DNA from: Parcubacteria bacterium RAAC4_OD1_1
Lineage (GTDB): Bacteria; Patescibacteriota; Minisyncoccia; Phycocordibacterales; UBA9973
Assembly (NCBI GenBank): GCA_000505065.1
Contig: AWSN01000001.1
Location: 559,929-623,928 of the forward strand
Length of the DNA stretch: 64,000 bases
Direction: 5' to 3'
Shown: in pieces, positions 57,656 to 64,000 of the stretch
Layout of the letters: each line of letters opens with the position of its first letter
How positions within the stretch are numbered: the first letter of the stretch is position 1
Notes under the pieces: generated by a model
The model's input: only the letters and a program-made list of their open reading frames with translations
Database searches by the model: none
What the model was told of the DNA's origin: nothing
Made by a program: the position numbers and the translations under genes

Positions 57656-58453
57656 ATGGAAATATTTCCAAAAAATCGCAATGAAACAAAAGATCAAAAT
57701 CAAATTGAATCTTTAAATCCAATTATTTCTAAACAGTCTGAAGTTATTAATAGGCAAACTGAAACAGAAAACTCTCAAGAAAGAGATAATCTTATTAATT
57801 CAAAAAGGGATGAGATTCTAGATATGCTTGATGATAGAAAAAATAATATTGAGAATGAAGAAGAAATAAAAGAAGGTATTGATTTTGTGTTTGAACAAAA
57901 TTCAGAATTAGAAAAAATCGGAACGAAAGAACAGTATTCTAAATATTTAGATACTATATTTCCTGACAGTAAAGTAACAGATATTGTTTATCATGGAACT
58001 GTTAATAATTTTGATGAATTTAATCTTAATTATTTTAATTCAAATTCTGGATCTAGAGACAGAAAAGATCCTGCTTTTTATTTTACTAGTAAAAGTATAG
58101 TTGCTAAAGATTTTTTATTTAAAAAAAATGGGAAAATACTATCTTCTTTACTTAATATAAAAAATCCAGAAATAATAGATGGTAAACATAAAAACCTTAT
58201 AGGCAAAAGAGGAGTAACCACATTCGTTGATATTCCAGGTTTTATAAAAAATGGTAAAGATGGAATGGTTATTAATGATGTTTTGGATATAGATCCAAAA
58301 GCTGGGTTAAAGAGAGTAATTGATGGTATTGGAAATGAAGAATATTATTCTAATATTTATGCAACTTTTGGAAATAATCAGTCTTTTATTCTAGGATCTA
58401 AACAAGATTTAGAAAATTTCAAAAAATTTCTTGAAAATAATAAAGACTCATAG
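57656..58453 (+). CDS. Hypothetical protein; weak H-G-T / Y / E pattern reminiscent of H-Y-E class ADP-ribosyltransferases
   Basis: 265 aa; IVYHGTVNNFDEF ... AFYFTS. Confidence 0.25.
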   Translation: MEIFPKNRNETKDQNQIESLNPIISKQSEVINRQTETENSQERDNLINSKRDEILDMLDDRKNNIENEEEIKEGIDFVFEQNSELEKIGTKEQYSKYLDTIFPDSKVTDIVYHGTVNNFDEFNLNYFNSNSGSRDRKDPAFYFTSKSIVAKDFLFKKNGKILSSLLNIKNPEIIDGKHKNLIGKRGVTTFVDIPGFIKNGKDGMVINDVLDIDPKAGLKRVIDGIGNEEYYSNIYATFGNNQSFILGSKQDLENFKKFLENNKDS

Positions 58454-58543
58454 TCCTAGTTTATAGACTCTAAAATACCCTTATTAACATTAGTATCGTA
58501 AGTACTGAACCCATATGGCTTGTATTTAAATTTTACTATTTTA

Positions 58544-58574
58544 AAAAACAACCTGCAAAACAGGTTGTTTTTTA
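58544..58574. terminator. Bidirectional terminator (aaaaaacaacctg caaaa caggttgtttttt)
   Basis: Perfect 9-bp stem with A/T runs on both sides between convergent genes. Confidence 0.75.
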
Positions 58575-58588
58575 AAATTAATTTTTAT

Positions 58589-59797
58589 CTAGATTTCATC
58601 TAATGCTTCATCTACTAGATCCAAAGATTCTTCAGCTAGATCTTTCGCTTCTTCATAATCTTCTTCATCAAAAGCTTCTTCAGCATCATCTAGTAAATCT
58701 TTCGCTTCATCAAGTAAGTCTTCAGCATCATCAACGTCTTCTCCATCTTCATCAGCCTCATTTATTTCATCATCCGCATCATTTATTGCATCTTTTGCGT
58801 CATCTATTGTTTCTTCTGCATCATCTTTGTCACTATTTTTACCTATTGCATCAATGGCATCATTTGCTAAATCTTTTGCTTCGTCGGCTAAATCTTCTGC
58901 TTCTTCATAATCTTCTTCATCAAAAGCTTCTTTTGATTTTTCTAGTGTGTCATTGGCATCATCTAATATTTCTTCTGCTTCATCTATATCTTTATCATTA
59001 TCTTCAGCCTCGTCAATCTTGTCTTTAGCCTCATCGATTTTATCTTCTGCTTTATCTATAATATTTTCTACTTCATCTTTTAAAGATTCTCCACCTGCAT
59101 CTTCAAAAGCATCTTCTGCATTCTTGTATGCATCATCAGCGTAATCATAAGCATCACTATAATCTTTATCTATAAGAGCAATAATTGCGTCAAATAAATC
59201 TTCTTTAGCATCCTCTAGGTTACCTTCAGATGAAGAAGTATTTTCATCACTATCCTCAATCTGATCTTCTGCGTCGTTAATCATCACTATTGCTTCCTTT
59301 ATTCTTTTCATAGCTTTTCCTTGCTCTCCTGTATTGGGGATAGTTGTAGATGGGGTATTTGTAGTTTCGTCTGGCTTACATTTTTTACCAGTTGTAATAT
59401 CATATATAGCAGATGAAGAACAATCAGTTGAAACAGTATTTGTATTTGTCGTATTAGAAGTATTACTATTAGTAGTTTTGATTAATGAATTATATTTCAT
59501 TCTAGATTTCATCCCAAAATATCCTTTGGATGGAGTTATGTTGTTTGCTATTTGCCAGCGGATAAGAGCTTTTTGTGTTAACTCTCCAAAATTTTCAGTT
59601 TCATTCCCCAAAGAGCCCACCCCAGAAGAAGATATTGTATATCCAGAATTATTTAGATATTCTTGTAAGCAACGAACATCTTCACCTTTAGAATCAATTT
59701 CTAAATCTCTAGTAAATTCACAACTAGATGCACTTACATTTAAAGCTAAAAACCCAACGATAAAAATAAATAATGTTTTAAAAATTTTTGTATACAT
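58589..59797 (-). CDS. Secreted protein with N-terminal peptidoglycan-binding-like domain and long acidic (D/E/A) repeat region
   Basis: 402 aa; signal peptide; CLQEYLNNSGY...ALIRWQIANNI (PG_binding_1-like); C-terminal (DEAEDxxDxAKD)n. Confidence 0.6.
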   Translation of the reverse strand: MYTKIFKTLFIFIVGFLALNVSASSCEFTRDLEIDSKGEDVRCLQEYLNNSGYTISSSGVGSLGNETENFGELTQKALIRWQIANNITPSKGYFGMKSRMKYNSLIKTTNSNTSNTTNTNTVSTDCSSSAIYDITTGKKCKPDETTNTPSTTIPNTGEQGKAMKRIKEAIVMINDAEDQIEDSDENTSSSEGNLEDAKEDLFDAIIALIDKDYSDAYDYADDAYKNAEDAFEDAGGESLKDEVENIIDKAEDKIDEAKDKIDEAEDNDKDIDEAEEILDDANDTLEKSKEAFDEEDYEEAEDLADEAKDLANDAIDAIGKNSDKDDAEETIDDAKDAINDADDEINEADEDGEDVDDAEDLLDEAKDLLDDAEEAFDEEDYEEAKDLAEESLDLVDEALDEI

Positions 59798-59952
59798 ATA
59801 AAAATATTAAGATTAATAAATAATTTAAAGTTTTAATTGAATTAGCATTTATGTTTATTATTAATTTAATTAAAACAAATATTACAATACATATTATATG
59901 CTTTATTTTAAAAAATTCAAACGATTATATGTCTTTTAAGTTCTATTTAATA

Positions 59953-59987
59953 AAATCAAAGCCGAGCTAATGCTCGGCTTTGATTTT
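59953..59987. terminator. Rho-independent terminator (aaaatcaaagccgag..ctcggctttgatttt)
   Basis: Perfect 13-bp stem. Confidence 0.75.
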
Positions 59988-60219
59988 AAATATTTTCTTT
60001 TAATTCTTTTGCTATATCTTTTGGCTTTTTCTTTGCAAAATAGAAGATATAAAATATATCTAATATTGCAAATGTATTTATTATCACAAGGATTATAAAC
60101 CACACTTTATGATTAAGCCTAGCTGATGTCCAAAGGGCATAAGCTTTCCATGGTAGAACCCAAATTATTAAAATTAGAAACAGCCACCAATTATTTTGTA
60201 TGAATATTGAATCAAACAT
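59986..60219 (-). CDS. Small membrane protein (2 TM)
   Basis: 77 aa. Confidence 0.4.
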   Translation of the reverse strand: MFDSIFIQNNWWLFLILIIWVLPWKAYALWTSARLNHKVWFIILVIINTFAILDIFYIFYFAKKKPKDIAKELKENI

Positions 60220-60273
60220 ACTTAAATGATAACAAAAAAGGATTTTTCTAGCAATTATGGTAAGATAATAAGA

Positions 60274-60690
60274 ATGAAATATTTAGGTATAGATTATGGA
60301 GAAAAGAGAGTGGGGCTTGCTATCTCTGATGATGGGGGGCAATTTTCTTTTTCTTATAAGGTCTTAAAGAATAATAACGAACTTATAGATAGTATCCATA
60401 ATATATGCGGAGAAGAAGAAATAAAGGAGATAGTACTTGGTGAACCAGAAGATAGAAATAAAATTTATGAAAAAGTTTTAAATTTTGAAAAAAAGTTAAA
60501 AGAAGAGCTTAAACTTCCGGTCTATAAAGAAAAAGAATTTATGACATCATCTTATTCTGGAATACAAAAATCAAAAGATATGTTTATAGATAGAAAAATA
60601 AAAAAAGATAAAGAAGTAAAGGATGATAGTAAAGCCGCAACATTTATTTTACAAAGATTTTTAGATAAAATTAATAATAAAAATATTTAA
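60274..60690 (+). CDS. ruvX: Putative pre-16S rRNA nuclease / Holliday junction resolvase-like YqgF (RuvX)
   Basis: MKYLGIDYGEKRVGLAISD N-terminus; ORF track start 60226, likely start at 60274. Confidence 0.75.
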   Translation: MKYLGIDYGEKRVGLAISDDGGQFSFSYKVLKNNNELIDSIHNICGEEEIKEIVLGEPEDRNKIYEKVLNFEKKLKEELKLPVYKEKEFMTSSYSGIQKSKDMFIDRKIKKDKEVKDDSKAATFILQRFLDKINNKNI

Positions 60691-60694
60691 TACC

Positions 60695-61048
60695 ATGGAA
60701 TACATAACTTTTGAAGAATTTAAAAAAATGGATATAAGAGTCGGGACTATTTGTGAAGTAGAAGCTGTGCCAGATACAGATAAACTTTTAAGATGTCAGA
60801 TAGATTTTGGTGAAATAGATGAAAATGGAGAAAAGAAATTAAGACAGATAATATCAGGAATAAAAGAAACCTATCCAGATCCTAGTGTGCTCATAAATAA
60901 ACAAGTTTTGTATATTGTAAATTTAGAACCAAGAAAGATAAAAGGCTATGATAGTAATGGTATGCTTATGGCAGTCGATGGGGTGGATGGGAAGCCAGTA
61001 TTTCTTGTTCCAGAAAATCCTGTATCTTCTGGGGTTCGAATTCATTAA
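60695..61048 (+). CDS. tRNA-binding domain protein (CsaA/Trbp111/MetRS C-terminal-like)
   Basis: 117 aa; DIRVGTICEVEAVPDTDKLLRCQIDFG...NGMLMA. Confidence 0.7.
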   Translation: MEYITFEEFKKMDIRVGTICEVEAVPDTDKLLRCQIDFGEIDENGEKKLRQIISGIKETYPDPSVLINKQVLYIVNLEPRKIKGYDSNGMLMAVDGVDGKPVFLVPENPVSSGVRIH

Positions 61049-61099
61049 TAATTTTTCTCTTCAAGGCCTTGCCTTGGGGAAACTTAAGGTAAGGCTTTT

Positions 61100-61699
61100 T
61101 TGAAAAATATGCTTGATCCAGTCACAATAATAAAGACAGTAGGGGTTGTAGGAATCATACTTATCGTTTTTGCAGAGACGGGGCTTTTTTTTGGTTTCTT
61201 TTTTCCCGGAGACTCACTTCTTTTTACTGCGGGGATAATTGCTTCACAGGGATATTTAAATATCTGGGTACTTTTGATTGGGTGTATAATCTTTGCAATT
61301 TTAGGAGACAGTGTGGGGTATTGGTCTGGGAAAAAATATGGTAGAAAACTTTTTGATAGAGATCAAGGTTTTTTCTTTCAAAGGAAAAGAATTTTAGAAG
61401 CAGAACAGTTTTATGAAAAGTATGGAAAGATGACTATTATTATAGCTAGATTTGTTCCTGTTGTTAGAACTTTTGCTCCTATTGTGGCGGGTATAGGAAA
61501 GATGCATTATAAGACATTTATATCTTACAATATCATAGGGGGTATTGTTTGGGTATCTTCTATGCTTTTGCTCGGATATTTCTTAGGAGGTCTTATTCCC
61601 AATCCCGACAAATATATAATTCCGATTGCTTTGTTTATAATTTTTATATCTTTTATTCCAATAATTTTAAAAATTATTAAAAATAATATTAAAAAGTAA
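61100..61699 (+). CDS. DedA/TVP38 family membrane protein
   Basis: 199 aa; FFPGDSLLFTAG and GYWSGKKYGRKL motifs. Confidence 0.75.
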   Translation: MKNMLDPVTIIKTVGVVGIILIVFAETGLFFGFFFPGDSLLFTAGIIASQGYLNIWVLLIGCIIFAILGDSVGYWSGKKYGRKLFDRDQGFFFQRKRILEAEQFYEKYGKMTIIIARFVPVVRTFAPIVAGIGKMHYKTFISYNIIGGIVWVSSMLLLGYFLGGLIPNPDKYIIPIALFIIFISFIPIILKIIKNNIKK

Positions 61700-61776
61700 T
61701 TTTTAATTCATATTAAGTATAATTGTTTGCTTGTATCTCTTTATTAAAAATTCGCTACGGGGTATAATATAAAAGG

Positions 61777-63420
61777 ATGAAGAATTTATACAATCATTAT
61801 TTTCCGACACCTACATATCTTGCGATGAATTCGTGTGCTATTGATATTTCAGATCAGTCTATAAAATTTGGAGAGCTTGTTCCTACTTCAAACGGTCTTC
61901 AGCTCGGTAGATATGGTAAAGAGAAGATTCCCGAAGGAGTTGTTGTATCAGGGAAAATTGAAGACGAGCAAAAGCTTATATCTATACTTCAAAATCTTAA
62001 AAAGAAACACAAAATTTCTTTTGTTAGAGTTTCTTTACCTGAGGAGCAAATGTATCTTTTTGATTTACTTATTCCTAAAATGGAAGAAAAAAATATAAAA
62101 GATACCATACTTTTACAATTAGAAGAGCATATTCCATTAAAAGCAGAAGATTCTATTTTTGATTATTCTATAATAAGACAAGATAATGACAATATGTTTG
62201 TTAAGGTTTCAGCTATATCAAGAGGAATCTTAGAAAGTTATCTTTATGTTTTTAAAAGTGCTGGACTTACCCCTCTTTCTTTTGAGCTTGAAGCTGAAGC
62301 CATATCAAGAGCCGTAGTACCTATTGGAGATTTGAAGCCGATTATGATTGTAGATTTTGGTGATACTAGGACTGGTATATTTATTTCTTATGTTGGAAAT
62401 ATATTTATGACCACTACTGTGGCTTTAGGAGGGGAGAATCTAACAAACATGATATCTAAAACTTTTTCAATTTCTTTTGAAGAAGCGGAAAAAAAGAAAA
62501 GATTATATGGATTGGGTGGGACTTCAAAAATAGAAGATATTTTTCCTGCAATATTAAATGGTATTTCTGTTCTACGTGATGAAATATCAAAGCAATTAAA
62601 ATATTGGGATGAGCATTGTGATGATAATATATGTTCAAAAAAAGAGCCAATAGATAAAATAATTCTTTGTGGTGGTGATTCAAACCTAGTAGGACTTTCA
62701 GATTATTTATCTTTAAGTCTTAAATTAAAAGTGGAGCATGCGAATGTCTGGACCAATATTTTAACTATAAAAAATAAAATACCAGAAATGACTTTTGAAG
62801 AATCCTTGAGTTATACGACTGTTTTAGGTCTTACTCTTGGGGATTATTCTGGTACAAATTTATCAATAATTAATGTTTTAACAGATGATGAAAAGAAACA
62901 AATAAAAAAAGAATATAGAAAAAGACTTTCAACTATTATTTTAAATATTATTGCTGTTCTTTGTCTTTTGGCTACATTACTTATGACACCATCATATTTC
63001 TTTTCTAAATCAAAAGAAATTTTAGCCGAAGAAAGATTAGAAAGTTTTAATCGTGATAATCCAGAGATAAATAGTAAAGATTTGGATAGTATGATAAATG
63101 AGATAAACAATAAACTAAATATTATTGGTACGACAGCACCCACTTATAATGCTTATGAAGACATTTTCATTTATCTTTTAGATTCAAGAGTAGAGGGAAT
63201 AAAATATAATCAAATTATTTTTGATAAAAAAGCACCAAACAAAAAAAGTGCTAGTCTTACAAGCATAGAAATAAGAGGATCTGCCAAAGACAGAGTAGTA
63301 CTTAGAAGTTTTAAAGATAAACTAGATGCTAATCCGAATTTTTCGGAGGTTAATTTACCAGTTTCTAGCTTTCTTGAAAAGACAGATTTAAATTTTAATA
63401 TATCAATCATTTTAAAATAA
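61777..63420 (+). CDS. pilM: Type IV pilus assembly protein PilM (actin-like) fused to a PilN-like membrane segment
   Basis: 547 aa; N-terminal actin-like ATPase fold (IVDFGDTRTG, ILCGGDSNL), TM helix ~aa 385-405, then periplasmic region. Confidence 0.65.
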   Translation: MKNLYNHYFPTPTYLAMNSCAIDISDQSIKFGELVPTSNGLQLGRYGKEKIPEGVVVSGKIEDEQKLISILQNLKKKHKISFVRVSLPEEQMYLFDLLIPKMEEKNIKDTILLQLEEHIPLKAEDSIFDYSIIRQDNDNMFVKVSAISRGILESYLYVFKSAGLTPLSFELEAEAISRAVVPIGDLKPIMIVDFGDTRTGIFISYVGNIFMTTTVALGGENLTNMISKTFSISFEEAEKKKRLYGLGGTSKIEDIFPAILNGISVLRDEISKQLKYWDEHCDDNICSKKEPIDKIILCGGDSNLVGLSDYLSLSLKLKVEHANVWTNILTIKNKIPEMTFEESLSYTTVLGLTLGDYSGTNLSIINVLTDDEKKQIKKEYRKRLSTIILNIIAVLCLLATLLMTPSYFFSKSKEILAEERLESFNRDNPEINSKDLDSMINEINNKLNIIGTTAPTYNAYEDIFIYLLDSRVEGIKYNQIIFDKKAPNKKSASLTSIEIRGSAKDRVVLRSFKDKLDANPNFSEVNLPVSSFLEKTDLNFNISIILK

Positions 63421-63421
63421 G

Positions 63422-63970
63422 ATGAATAATAAGAAAACCAATTTAATATTATTTGTATCCGTTATAACGACCATTATGTCTTTATTGGTATTTATTTTCT
63501 TTTTTAAAATTATTGAAAATAAAAATAAACACACAGGGGCAGTTTTATATACTTTACAAGAAAAGATTTTAGATAAAGAAAATTCTGAATCATTAAAAGA
63601 TCGTTTGGTGGAAATAGAAACGACATTTAACAAGATAGATGGTTATCTTTTTGATAAAGAATCCGTAGATACTTTTGTTGGGTATATAGAAGATTTGGGA
63701 AGTAGTGTGGGGGCTGAAATATCTGTAAGAAGTATTGATGCTATAAAAAATGAGAAAAATTTAATGAAAATAAAAGTTCATTCTAATGGAAGTTTCTCCA
63801 GTGTCATAAAAAGTATTTCTCTTATAGAAAATATGTCTTATAAAATTGAGGTTGTTCAGGTTTATTTAAATCGAAATTTAGAGACAGAAGAAAAAGAGGG
63901 TGAACAAACAAAGACCATTTTAAATAATTGGGGGGCAGATATTACTTTTAATATTAAAAGTTCTAAATAA
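63422..63970 (+). CDS. PilO-like pilus assembly membrane protein
   Basis: 182 aa, N-terminal TM, coupled directly after pilM/N. Confidence 0.4.
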   Translation: MNNKKTNLILFVSVITTIMSLLVFIFFFKIIENKNKHTGAVLYTLQEKILDKENSESLKDRLVEIETTFNKIDGYLFDKESVDTFVGYIEDLGSSVGAEISVRSIDAIKNEKNLMKIKVHSNGSFSSVIKSISLIENMSYKIEVVQVYLNRNLETEEKEGEQTKTILNNWGADITFNIKSSK

Positions 63971-64000
63971 TTTATATATGAAAAAAATATTACAGTATAT

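Noticed and set aside
58603-59801. Plus-strand ORFs 58603..59028, 58947..59144, 59334..59801
   Set aside because: They are antisense to the 402-aa acidic-repeat gene. The L/H/S-rich translations are artefacts of the repetitive GA-rich template.
1-64000. CRISPR arrays, rRNA genes, intact prophage structural genes
   Set aside because: No spacer-repeat periodicity and no rRNA-like conserved stretches were seen. No capsid, terminase or portal signatures were seen either.

Overview
This is a low-GC, gene-dense window from a small-genome bacterium, probably a Candidate Phyla Radiation (Parcubacteria-like) lineage. Evidence for that: compact proteins, type IV pilus genes (pilB at the start, pilM/N and pilO-like at the end), and large repetitive surface proteins. 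Recognisable core genes are ruvB (partial, at the window edge), pilB, tsaE, polA, mutM/fpg, ruvA, rpsT, a thioredoxin plus CcdA/DsbD module, an ECF sigma and anti-sigma pair, a short malic enzyme, ruvX, a CsaA-like protein and a DedA-family protein.

Two accessory islands interrupt the core:

- Island 1, about 14.8 kb, is integrated at tRNA-Lys(TTT) and flanked by a perfect 45-nt direct repeat of the tRNA 3' half. It carries two tyrosine recombinases, a BfiI-like restriction-modification system (two C5 cytosine methyltransferases plus a PLD-family nuclease), a SAM-I riboswitch driving a compact metK, a DUF1508 gene, an S49 peptidase and many hypothetical genes.
- Island 2, about 11 kb, is older and lies at tRNA-Ser(TGA) with an imperfect direct repeat. 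It has a truncated serine-recombinase remnant, a PIN plus Cas2/VapD-like gene pair, and a six-enzyme cluster on the minus strand: alanine-racemase-like, SHMT-like, TPP decarboxylase, oxidoreductase, kinase and nucleotidyltransferase.

A second SAM-I riboswitch, about 90% identical to the metK one and with compensatory changes in its terminator stem, sits outside both islands. It precedes a 27-aa ORF and a second restriction-modification module (C5 methyltransferase, N4/N6 methyltransferase, HNH nuclease). Both restriction-modification modules are followed by paralogous small genes with an HhH-GPD-like (Mig/Nth-like) motif.

Several other sequence-level features recur:

- A 27-nt hairpin element sits in inverted tRNA 3' fragments downstream of tRNA-Lys attR and downstream of tRNA-Arg.
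- A duplicated 31-nt palindrome flanks the ECF sigma cassette.
- A GGGTGTGGGG motif recurs in AT-rich intergenic DNA.
- A palindromic operator overlaps a consensus promoter upstream of a Fic gene.

No CRISPR array and no rRNA genes were seen. All calls rest on by-eye motif recognition, with no database searches.
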